Position numbers and translations under genes: made by a program
In this document: one piece after another, positions 56,015 to 64,000 of the stretch
Layout: each line of letters starts with the position of its first letter
How positions within the stretch are numbered: the stretch's first letter is position 1
The notes under the pieces: model-generated
Told to the model about the DNA's origin: nothing
The model's input: the letters and a program-made list of their open reading frames with translations, nothing else
Databases searched by the model: none
Assembly (NCBI GenBank): GCA_020073345.1
Contig: JAIQFI010000008.1
Location: forward strand, 42,108 to 106,107
DNA from: Terriglobia bacterium
GTDB lineage: Bacteria; Acidobacteriota; Terriglobia; Bryobacterales; Bryobacteraceae
Length of the DNA stretch: 64,000 bases
Direction: 5' to 3'

Positions 56015-57610
56015 ATGCCTCGGACGCAAACCGCTTTCGGTGTGCGCACTCTTACGCTGCTGCTGTTCCTGCTGATCCCCTCAGCGGCCTACCTGTGGCA
56101 CTTCGGCGACGTGCCCCGCTTCGGCGATCTCCATGATGACAGCCTGTATTTTGTCTCGGCGAAATCCCTGGCCGATGGCGGTGGATACCGCATCGAAAGT
56201 TTACCCGGCGAACCGCCTCAAACCAAGTACCCGCCGCTCTACCCGTTACTGCTCTCCGTGGCATGGCACATCGATGCGCAGTTCCCGCACAACCTGCCCA
56301 TTGCAGCATGGATCTCCTGGCTGGCCTTGCCCGCCGTGCTGCTGCAAATGGCCGCGCTCTACCCGGCGCTAGGCATTTCCGGCGGCCGCGCATGGCTGCT
56401 TCTGTTCCTGTTCGCGGCCAATCCCTACGTGATCCTGTTCAGCACGCAGTTGCTTTCCGAAATGCTGTTCCTGGCGCTGTCGCTTGCCGCCATGCTGCTG
56501 GCCGAACGCGCGGCTAAAGGTTCCGCGGGCGCGGCCGTGGCTGCCGGCGTGGTGGCCGGACTGGCATACCTGGCGCGCTCGGCTGGACTGGCGCTGCTGT
56601 TGGCCGCCGTAATCTACCTGTGGCCGCTGCGAAAGCAGCGCCGGAATGCGTGGCTGTTCGCCGCCTCGATGCTGCCATTCATCGCCGGTTGGATGATCTG
56701 GGCGCGCCTTCATCAGACCGCTACAAACGATCCCTCCCTGATCTATTACCTCGATTACGTCCGCTATGAGATTTACAGCGTGTCGTTTCGCGACCTGCAC
56801 CTGTTTCTATGGAAGAATCTCGACGGCTTCCTGTGGGGACTGGGCGGCTTGTTGATCCCCAAAATCATGGACTCGCAGTTTCTGAAGATTCTGGCCGAAG
56901 TGGTGGCCATCGCCATGATCAGCGGGGTGGTGCGGTTGTTCCGGCGCGGCCATGCAAGACTGTACGCCCTGTTTTCCCTGATCACTGCGGTCTTGCTCGT
57001 GATCTGGCATTTTCCGCCCAATGAGCGGTTCGTGCTTCCCATATTCCCCCTGGCGCTTGCGGGACTCCTGGTTGAAGCGGAGCATCTGGTGGGGATGCTG
57101 CGAACCGCACTTCGCCACCGCGATCGCGGGCAACGTGTGGTGGCGGCGGGCTTCGCGGTGGTCGTCGCGGCGATCTTCGCCGGCAGCCTCGCAATTCAGT
57201 TATTCATGGATGCTACCTTTCTGCCGGAGGACACCCGCCAGCATCGGTTGCGGAACATCGATCGCCTGGCCGCCTACGGCTGGATTCGCTCCCGCGTCCC
57301 AGCCGAAGCTTCCTTCCTGGCCGCGGACGACGTTCTGCTGTTCCTTTACACCGGACACCGCGCGATGAGTAAACCGTTGCCGCCCGCGCTGTGGTATCGC
57401 ATGGATCACGCGGGAATGGTTAGTTGGATGACCGACATCCCGCCCTTCGCGCGGGAACATGGACTGAGCTACTTCCTGTTCGCGGGGGTCGACTTGCGCC
57501 AAGGCGTGGCCAATGACGATCGCGACTCCATTGAGACGGCGATCCGGTCCAACCCGGATCTCAGTCCGATGTATCAGGCTGAAACCGCTACGGTCTACAG
57601 GTTGCGTTAG
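56015..57610 (+). CDS. Integral-membrane glycosyltransferase (GT39/ArnT/PMT_2-like)
   Basis: 531 aa, multi-TM. N-terminal DDSLYFVSAKSLADGGGY...YPPLYPLLLS pattern, typical of ArnT-like enzymes. Confidence 0.65.
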   Translation: MPRTQTAFGVRTLTLLLFLLIPSAAYLWHFGDVPRFGDLHDDSLYFVSAKSLADGGGYRIESLPGEPPQTKYPPLYPLLLSVAWHIDAQFPHNLPIAAWISWLALPAVLLQMAALYPALGISGGRAWLLLFLFAANPYVILFSTQLLSEMLFLALSLAAMLLAERAAKGSAGAAVAAGVVAGLAYLARSAGLALLLAAVIYLWPLRKQRRNAWLFAASMLPFIAGWMIWARLHQTATNDPSLIYYLDYVRYEIYSVSFRDLHLFLWKNLDGFLWGLGGLLIPKIMDSQFLKILAEVVAIAMISGVVRLFRRGHARLYALFSLITAVLLVIWHFPPNERFVLPIFPLALAGLLVEAEHLVGMLRTALRHRDRGQRVVAAGFAVVVAAIFAGSLAIQLFMDATFLPEDTRQHRLRNIDRLAAYGWIRSRVPAEASFLAADDVLLFLYTGHRAMSKPLPPALWYRMDHAGMVSWMTDIPPFAREHGLSYFLFAGVDLRQGVANDDRDSIETAIRSNPDLSPMYQAETATVYRLR

Positions 57611-57620
57611 ACAGGTTCGG

Positions 57621-59033
57621 TCAGATCACCGAGCCTTTCCACTTCCCCCTGCGGAACAGCAGCACGGCGGCCACAGCCAGTGCCGATTGGGCCATCGGGA
57701 TGGCCATGAAGATTCCGTTTGTTCCCAACCCGAAACGGAACGCCAGCAGCCAAGCCAGTGGAATCTGGAATACCCAGAAGCACAGGAGGTTGAGCACGGT
57801 CGGCGTGTTGGTATCGCCCGCGCCATTGAATGCCTGTCCCATCACCATGCCCCAGGCGTAAAAAATGTAACCATACGCCACCGTCCGCAGCGTGGTGGCG
57901 GCCATCGAAACCACCCCGGAATCGCTAGTGAAGATCCGGACCAGCGGCCCTGCGAATCCGATGAAGACCACGGCCACCACGGCGAGAAAAATCATGTTGT
58001 AGAATCCGGCGAGCCAGACGGACTTTTCGGCGCGGTCGGGCTGGCGCGCTCCCAGGTTTTGTCCCACCAGGGTCGCGGCGGCGCTGGCCATGCCCCAGCT
58101 CGGAAGCAATGCGAAAAGAATAATGCGCAGCGCCAGCGTGTATCCGGCGATCGCTACGCTGCCGAAGACGGCGCACATCCGCACCATGACGATCCAGCTC
58201 GCCATGGCAACCAGGTACTGAAACATCCCGCCCAGCGAGAGCCGCACGAGTTGCTTCATCAGCGCCGGGATCAGCCGGATTCGATGCCAGTGCACCACTA
58301 CCCGGCTTTTTCCGCTGCTCAGAAACCATAGTTGCAGCAGCACGCCGCACCCGCGCCCGATCGTCGTGCCGATACCGGACCCGGCCACGCCGAGTTTCGG
58401 AAACGGTCCTAGGCCGAAGATGAGCAGGGGATTGAGGACGATGTTGATCCAGTTCGCGGTCCACAACACCCGCATGGCCAGCGAAGCGTCGCCCGCGCCG
58501 CGAAACGCGCCGTTGATCAGAAACAGCAGCAGCACGGTTCCGCTGCCGCCATAGATCGCACGCGTGTAGCCAATCCCGGTGGCGATCACGTCCGGCGACG
58601 CGCCCATGAGGCGCAGCAGATCGCGTGCGAAGATGAATCCCAGGGTCCCCACTACCGCGGCGATCCCCACGCCCAGAAGGACAGCCTGGGATGCAGTCTC
58701 CGCTGCCGCTTTCGGATCCTTTTCGCCGATGCGGCGGGCCACCGTGGCCGTGGTGGCGATGCCCAACCCCAGCGCGACCGCGAACAGCAATGTGAGCAGC
58801 GATTCCGTAAAACCCACGGTGGCAACGGCATTCGCACCAAGATGCGCCACCCAGAACATGTCCACCACCGCGAACAGCGATTCCATCATCATCTCGAGCA
58901 CCATGGGCACGGCCAGCATCGCGATCGCCCGGCCGATGGAGCCCTGCGTGAAATCGCGGTGCGGGTCGCCCATAATGGCGCTCTTGATGGAGTGAAACAG
59001 CCTGGCTTTTTCCGTTAACGTCGTGGGAGACAT
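57621..59033 (-). CDS. MATE family efflux transporter
   Basis: Taken from the internal ATG at 59033 (MSPTTLTEKA...). 12-TM pattern with LAVPMVLEMMMESLFAVVDMFWVAHLG. Confidence 0.88.
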   Translation of the reverse strand: MSPTTLTEKARLFHSIKSAIMGDPHRDFTQGSIGRAIAMLAVPMVLEMMMESLFAVVDMFWVAHLGANAVATVGFTESLLTLLFAVALGLGIATTATVARRIGEKDPKAAAETASQAVLLGVGIAAVVGTLGFIFARDLLRLMGASPDVIATGIGYTRAIYGGSGTVLLLFLINGAFRGAGDASLAMRVLWTANWINIVLNPLLIFGLGPFPKLGVAGSGIGTTIGRGCGVLLQLWFLSSGKSRVVVHWHRIRLIPALMKQLVRLSLGGMFQYLVAMASWIVMVRMCAVFGSVAIAGYTLALRIILFALLPSWGMASAAATLVGQNLGARQPDRAEKSVWLAGFYNMIFLAVVAVVFIGFAGPLVRIFTSDSGVVSMAATTLRTVAYGYIFYAWGMVMGQAFNGAGDTNTPTVLNLLCFWVFQIPLAWLLAFRFGLGTNGIFMAIPMAQSALAVAAVLLFRRGKWKGSVI

Positions 59034-60487
59034 GCGTATACGATCGCTCCTGCCAGCACGATCACCAGACCCGGCCACGTGGTCGCGGGCCGGTAGGCGA
59101 ACAGGATTACCAGAACTACCGCCGCGCCGAGGATGTAGAGCGCGGGCGTCACGGGATAGCCCGGCACGCGGTAGCTTCTCTCGACATGCGGCATTTTGTG
59201 CCGCAAGCGAAAGACCGCCGCTATCGTCAGGATATAAAAAATCAAAGCGGCGGATATCACGTAGTCGAGCAGATTCCCGTACAGGTTTCCGTACTGGCCG
59301 GTCGTTGTGTTGTAGGTGCGCGGCAGCACCAGGGCCGCGGCCCAGACTCCCTGGACCCACAACGACCACGCCGGTACCTGGAAGCGGTTCAGTCTCCCGG
59401 CTTGCACGAAGAACAGCCGGTCCCTGGCCATCGCGTAATACGCGCGCGCGCCGGAGAGCACCAGGCTGTTGACGCAGCCGAAGGTCGAGATCATGATCGC
59501 GATCGCCATCAGCACCGGACCGTAGGAGGGAAAGATTCGCGCGAGCACCGCGGTGGCGACGCGATCCGAGGGCGCATGCTGGATCTCGGGGATCGGCAGC
59601 ACCAGCAGGTAGATGACGTTGGTCAGGAAGTACAGCAGGACAACCGCGGTGCAGCCGATTGCCATCGCCTTGGGCAGATTTGTTTTCGGCTCGCGCACTT
59701 CGCCGGCGACGAAGGTAACGTCATGCCACGCGTCAGCCGAAAAGAGCGAGCCCGATTGCGCCACGCCGATCGCGACGATGAGACCGAACACTGTCCCTGC
59801 CGCGACGCCCAGCGCGGGATCGAACGTGCCCAGAGCGAAGGGCACCGAAAAATTGGTCTGGATCGCTTCGGCGCTGCGCCCCAGGAACAACCCTGCCAGG
59901 ATCAGGCCCGCGATGGCCGAAACTTTGGCGGTGGTGAAGATGTTCTGAACGATCTTGCCGTACTCCAGGCCTCGCGAGTTGGTCCACGTGAGGAGCACGA
60001 TCACCGCGACACCGACCAGTTGAGCTGTGGACAGAGAAAACGCATAACCCGTGGAGATGTGGATGGGCGGAATCAGGTAACTGCTTTCCGAAATGGAAGG
60101 AACCAGAACCGACAAGAATCGCGCGAAGGCCACCGCGACGGCGGCGATGGTTCCGGTCTGAATCACCGCGAACAGAGTCCAGCCGTAGAGGAATCCCCAC
60201 AGCGGCGAATATGCTTCGCGCAGAAACACGTAGACGCCACCGGCATGCGGCAGCATGGCTGCCAGCTCTCCATACGAGAGGGCTGCCAGAATCGTGAGCG
60301 CGGCGGTGACCGCCCAGGCCACCAGCAGCCATCCGGGGCTGTTGATCAGCCGCGCCATATCGGCCGACACGATGAAGATGCCCGACCCGATCATGGTGCC
60401 GATCACGATCATGGTCGCGTCGAACAGGTTCAGGCCGCGGACGAATCCCCCGGTCTCGGGTGTGGTCGGATGAGACATAGGCGTCAC
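59015..60487 (-). CDS. Amino acid permease (APC superfamily)
   Basis: 490 aa, 12 TM. GTMIGSGIFIVSADMA motif. Confidence 0.88.
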   Translation of the reverse strand: MTPMSHPTTPETGGFVRGLNLFDATMIVIGTMIGSGIFIVSADMARLINSPGWLLVAWAVTAALTILAALSYGELAAMLPHAGGVYVFLREAYSPLWGFLYGWTLFAVIQTGTIAAVAVAFARFLSVLVPSISESSYLIPPIHISTGYAFSLSTAQLVGVAVIVLLTWTNSRGLEYGKIVQNIFTTAKVSAIAGLILAGLFLGRSAEAIQTNFSVPFALGTFDPALGVAAGTVFGLIVAIGVAQSGSLFSADAWHDVTFVAGEVREPKTNLPKAMAIGCTAVVLLYFLTNVIYLLVLPIPEIQHAPSDRVATAVLARIFPSYGPVLMAIAIMISTFGCVNSLVLSGARAYYAMARDRLFFVQAGRLNRFQVPAWSLWVQGVWAAALVLPRTYNTTTGQYGNLYGNLLDYVISAALIFYILTIAAVFRLRHKMPHVERSYRVPGYPVTPALYILGAAVVLVILFAYRPATTWPGLVIVLAGAIVYACLPRR

Positions 60488-60966
60488 AGCTCCGCTAACT
60501 CTGCCATCTTCGCGTACTTCGGCTCGGTCAATATCTCGCCGATGCGCGCTCGCAGCCGGGCGAGATCGTTTTCCGTGAGCGGCTTCAGGTGTCCTTTGTA
60601 AATCGGGTGGTCTTTGGGGTACAGGGCGATGTGTTGCCCGCGGATCTGGTGGATTTGCTCGCGTGACCGTCCGAACAGGTGCAGATGCATCTTCGCGCCG
60701 CCTGGATCATCCAGACCCCAGTTCCCGAGGTCCTCGTAGTTCATTCGCTCGATTCCCAGGACGTCGTACATCGCCTTGCCCGCCGCCATCGAGATCCGCA
60801 TGAAAGCGATGGCCTCCTGGTGAGTCAGGTCGGACCGGTCGGTGACCGGCTTCTTCTTCACGACGACTAGATGCCCGCCATCTTCGCGGCAATTCAACGG
60901 CAGTTCGGGCGCAACGACTTGGAAGTATCGATCCTCGTACACGCAACGATTCGATGCATCGGACAT
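60484..60966 (-). CDS. HIT-like family protein (degenerate histidine triad)
   Basis: The triad position reads MHLHLFGR (H-x-H-x-F). 160 aa, with a 4-nt overlap to the permease gene. Confidence 0.5.
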   Translation of the reverse strand: MSDASNRCVYEDRYFQVVAPELPLNCREDGGHLVVVKKKPVTDRSDLTHQEAIAFMRISMAAGKAMYDVLGIERMNYEDLGNWGLDDPGGAKMHLHLFGRSREQIHQIRGQHIALYPKDHPIYKGHLKPLTENDLARLRARIGEILTEPKYAKMAELAEL

Positions 60967-60971
60967 TTAGA

Positions 60972-62414
60972 TCAGTAGGATTTGGCGACCACGACGCGAC
61001 GGTCCACAGTCTCGCCGGTGACCATGCACTTGCCCGGGCCGTCGTATTCGTCGACCTGGGGAATATTCCGGACAGTGGCCTTGAACGTCTTCAGCTGCGC
61101 GTCGCAGGCCGGATCGTCCTTCAAATGCGCCATGACGAACTTGCCGCCGCCTTTTTCGGCCGTCGCGTCGCGCAGGATCGACTCGATCTCTTCCATCGAA
61201 TTCGCCAGCATTGTGTTGTCTTTGAGCCTTTGCTTCGCGGCGGCGTATAAGTCGTTTTGCATTGTTTGCAGTACGGTATCGACGCGAGTCTTTAACTCGG
61301 ATTGCTGAATGGGCTCCTTAGTTCCCCTGTCGCGACGCTTGAGAACCACTGTCCCCGCAGCCAGGTCGCGAGGGCCGAGCTCCAGCACGATCGGGACACC
61401 GCGGCGCTCCCAGTGGAAGAATTTCGCTCCCGGCGATTGCCCGTCGCGATCGTCCACTTCCGCGCCCACGTCCGTGGCCATGCGGTGCGCGGCTTCGAGC
61501 ACCGCGCCCTTCTCGTCATCCTTCCGATAAATCGGGACCAGGACGCTCTTGACGGGCGCGAGCTTGGGCGGAATAACCAGACCCTTGTCGTCGGAATGAC
61601 TCATCACGAGTCCTCCTATGAGCCGAGTGCTCACTCCCCAACTGGTTTGCCACACGTAGTCGAGCTGGCCTTCCTTGTTCTGGAACTTCACATCGAACGC
61701 CTTCCCGAAATTCTGACCCAGGTCGTGGCTGGTGCCGGCCTGGAGCGCGAGACCGTTTTGCATCATCGCTTCGATCGAGTAGGTCCTGAGCGCCCCGGCA
61801 AATTTCTCGGATTGCGTTTTCATGCCCTTGATGACGGGCATCGCCATGACATCTTCCGCGACCTCGGCGTAGATGTCCAGCATCCGCAGCACTTCCTCCT
61901 GAGCTTCGCCGTGAGTGGCGTGCGCGGTATGGCCTTCCTGCCACAGGAACTCGGTGGTCCGCAGGAACATGCGGGTCCGCAGCTCCCAGCGAATGATGTT
62001 GGCCCACTGGTTGACCAACATGGGAAGATCGCGCCAGCTCTGGATCCACTTGGCGAAAAAATGCCCGATGATGGTCTCCGACGTGGGACGAATCACGTAT
62101 GGCTCTTCGAGCTCCTTGCCCCCGGCGACGGTGACGACGGCCAGCTCCGGAGAAAACCCTTCGACGTGCTCGGCTTCCTTTCGCATGAAGCTCTGCGGGA
62201 TCAGCAGAGGGAAATACATGTTCTTGTGGCCGGTGGCCTTGAAGCGATTGTCGAGTTCACGCTGCAGAAGCTCCCAGATGGCATAGCCGTTGGGTTTGAT
62301 GACCATGCAGCCTTTGACGATTTCAGCCGGTTCCGCCAGATCGCCCTGGAGAACCACGTCCTGATACCAGGCCGCGAAATCGGCGCTGCGAAGAGTAATG
62401 GGTGATTGAGCCAT
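60972..62414 (-). CDS. proS: Proline--tRNA ligase (archaeal/eukaryotic-like type, no INS editing domain)
   Basis: 480 aa. [16 protein letters not shown]...[14 protein letters not shown] start and a C-terminal zinc-like TGE...VVVAKSY tail. Confidence 0.93.
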   Translation of the reverse strand: MAQSPITLRSADFAAWYQDVVLQGDLAEPAEIVKGCMVIKPNGYAIWELLQRELDNRFKATGHKNMYFPLLIPQSFMRKEAEHVEGFSPELAVVTVAGGKELEEPYVIRPTSETIIGHFFAKWIQSWRDLPMLVNQWANIIRWELRTRMFLRTTEFLWQEGHTAHATHGEAQEEVLRMLDIYAEVAEDVMAMPVIKGMKTQSEKFAGALRTYSIEAMMQNGLALQAGTSHDLGQNFGKAFDVKFQNKEGQLDYVWQTSWGVSTRLIGGLVMSHSDDKGLVIPPKLAPVKSVLVPIYRKDDEKGAVLEAAHRMATDVGAEVDDRDGQSPGAKFFHWERRGVPIVLELGPRDLAAGTVVLKRRDRGTKEPIQQSELKTRVDTVLQTMQNDLYAAAKQRLKDNTMLANSMEEIESILRDATAEKGGGKFVMAHLKDDPACDAQLKTFKATVRNIPQVDEYDGPGKCMVTGETVDRRVVVAKSY

Positions 62415-62482
62415 TGATTGAGATGGGTGATTCGAGATTCTTAGGTTACCAGTCCAAACTGCGGCGGTACACTGAGGGCAGA

Positions 62483-64000
62483 ATGGCAGTCCGCCCTTTT
62501 TCGAACGAACCCGTGGTCACTTTTCGCAGTGAGGCCAACGCGCAAGCGATGCGCGCGGCGATCGAGAAGGTCCGCGGCGAGCTGGGCCGCGAGTACGATC
62601 TGGTGATCGGCGGACAACGCACCCGTAGTTCTGACAAGATCCGGTCGGTCAATCCCGCGCAGCCATCCGAGGTAGTTGGCGTCCATCAAAAAGCGGGAAT
62701 CGAGCACGTGGAGCCCGCCATGCAGGCTGCGCTTGCGGCGTTTCGATCGTGGAAGAACGTCGCGGTAGAACAACGCGCCGAACTCTTGTTGAAAACCGCA
62801 GAAATTATCCGCAGGCGTAAACCAGAGTTCAATGCCTGGATGGTTCTGGAGGTCGGCAAGAACTGGGACGAGGCCGAAGCCGACACCTGCGAAGCGATCG
62901 ACTTTTGCGAGTTTTATGCGCGCCTGGCGCTGCGCATGGCCGAAGCTGAACCAGCCGTGCAGCTTCCCGGCGAACGCGATCTGCTGCGTTACATTCCGTT
63001 GGGGGTGGGCGCGGTCATCTCGCCCTGGAATTTCCCGCTGGCGATCATGTGCGGCATGACGGTGGCGTCGGTGGTGTGCGGCAACACGGTAGTCTTGAAA
63101 CCGTCCAGTGATTCGCCCACCGTCGCCGCGAAATTCTTCGAAGCGCTGGAGGAAGCCGGCCTGCCTCCGGGAGTGGTCAACTTCTGCCCGGGATCCGGCG
63201 CGACCTTCGGAAACGGACTGGTGGAGCATGCCCAGACGCGGTTCATCGCCTTCACCGGCTCGCGCGACGTGGGACTCGATATCAACGTGCGGGCCGCGCA
63301 GCATCGGGCGGGCCAGCTTTGGATCAAGCGCACGATTCTCGAGATGGGCGGCAAAGACTCGATCATCGTTGCGGCGGATGCCGATCTGGATGCTGGCGTC
63401 GAAGGCGTGGCGGCGTCGGCGTTCGGATTTCAAGGGCAGAAGTGCTCGGCCTGTTCTCGGGCGATTGTCGACGCTAGCCTGTACGATCGTTTCCTCGAGA
63501 AGCTCCAAAACCGCGTGGCGAAGATTCGCATCGGCGACCCGGCAGAAAATGCTCCCGCGGGTCCGGTGATCAACGCGGGCGCGCTGAAGTCGATTTCCAA
63601 CTACATCGATATCGGCGCCAGGGAAGGCCGCATCATCGCCGGCGGGAAACGAGCAGCCGTCGTTAGTCAAAATGACGGATACTTTATCGAACCCACCGTG
63701 ATCGCCGATGTCGCGCCCTCGGCCCGGATCGCGCAGGAAGAGATTTTCGGACCGGTCCTCGCGGTGATCCGCGCCCGCGACTTCGACGACGCGCTGGCCA
63801 TCGCCAACAACACCGAGTATGGACTGACCGGCGCAGTTTTTAGCGCTTCACCGCAGCAAATCGAACGGGCCAAAAACGAATTCCACGTAGGGAACCTGTA
63901 CATCAACCGCAAGTGCACAGGAGCCGTGGTGGGCGCGCATCCCTTTGGAGGATTCAATATGTCGGGAACCGATTCGAAGGCAGGTGGAGCGGATTACCTG
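62483..64000 (+). CDS. pruA: L-glutamate gamma-semialdehyde (1-pyrroline-5-carboxylate) dehydrogenase. The 3' end lies outside the window.
   Basis: Open frame from ATG 62483 to the window edge (506 codons, no stop, so absent from the ORF track). [17 protein letters not shown]..., [23 protein letters not shown], and [12 protein letters not shown] at the end. Confidence 0.9.
   Translation, partial: MAVRPFSNEPVVTFRSEANAQAMRAAIEKVRGELGREYDLVIGGQRTRSSDKIRSVNPAQPSEVVGVHQKAGIEHVEPAMQAALAAFRSWKNVAVEQRAELLLKTAEIIRRRKPEFNAWMVLEVGKNWDEAEADTCEAIDFCEFYARLALRMAEAEPAVQLPGERDLLRYIPLGVGAVISPWNFPLAIMCGMTVASVVCGNTVVLKPSSDSPTVAAKFFEALEEAGLPPGVVNFCPGSGATFGNGLVEHAQTRFIAFTGSRDVGLDINVRAAQHRAGQLWIKRTILEMGGKDSIIVAADADLDAGVEGVAASAFGFQGQKCSACSRAIVDASLYDRFLEKLQNRVAKIRIGDPAENAPAGPVINAGALKSISNYIDIGAREGRIIAGGKRAAVVSQNDGYFIEPTVIADVAPSARIAQEEIFGPVLAVIRARDFDDALAIANNTEYGLTGAVFSASPQQIERAKNEFHVGNLYINRKCTGAVVGAHPFGGFNMSGTDSKAGGADYL

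Noticed and set aside
59186-60601. 471-aa plus-strand ORF
   Set aside because: It is antisense to the APC permease (a clear 12-TM protein). Its translation is extremely Arg/Asp/Gly/His-rich.
61302-62405. 367-aa plus-strand ORF
   Set aside because: It is antisense to proS, which is unambiguous.
62441-63670. 409-aa minus-strand ORF, the only long ORF listed by the track in this region
   Set aside because: It is antisense to an open plus-strand frame (62483 to the window end) that encodes a clear P5C dehydrogenase. The plus ORF is missing from the track only because it has no stop inside the window.

Overview
High-GC (roughly 60-65%) bacterial chromosomal segment with about 60 tightly packed protein-coding genes. 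I found no rRNA, tRNA, CRISPR array, transposase, phage or plasmid genes. The gene families present point to Acidobacteriota, which is an inference only: a TIGR03436-type VWA protein, a Ser/Thr kinase fused to TPR repeats, a cytochrome b fused to c-type haem domains, DUF3300, and a YXWGXW-repeat protein. Most of the window is housekeeping: greA, efp, guaB, trmFO, xerC, xseA, thiL, proS, an aroD-aroE fusion, pruA, and a Rieske/cytochrome b complex. A large nitrogen-assimilation neighbourhood spans about 26.3-44.6 kb. It holds glnA with the adenylylation Tyr397 motif, glnB, an outer-membrane porin, two tiny membrane proteins, an Amt transporter, a second glutamine-synthetase paralog, glnE, and an NtrY/NtrX-like two-component pair. 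I see no clear defence or mobile island. The best candidates for under-described biology are listed here. (1) A DUF2760 protein translationally linked to an 873-aa non-canonical Hsp70-like ATPase (44.7-47.8 kb). (2) A tandem array of three paralogous secreted proteins plus a DUF6152-like protein at the left edge (1-3.1 kb). (3) An overlapping pair of hypothetical genes, one with a C-terminal PD-(D/E)xK nuclease-like motif (7.1-9.5 kb). (4) Two tandem two-TM micro-proteins between the porin and the Amt transporter. (5) A family of about 90-bp repeat elements built from tandem GC-stem tetraloop hairpins, which runs into ORF ends at two loci. (6) A cytoplasmic-looking amidase preceded by a 64-aa Tat-signal micro-protein. 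(7) Two YtrA-like GntR regulators with near-consensus promoters abutting their start codons (apparently leaderless) and overlapping palindromic operators. All family names come from motif recognition by eye. No database search was run.
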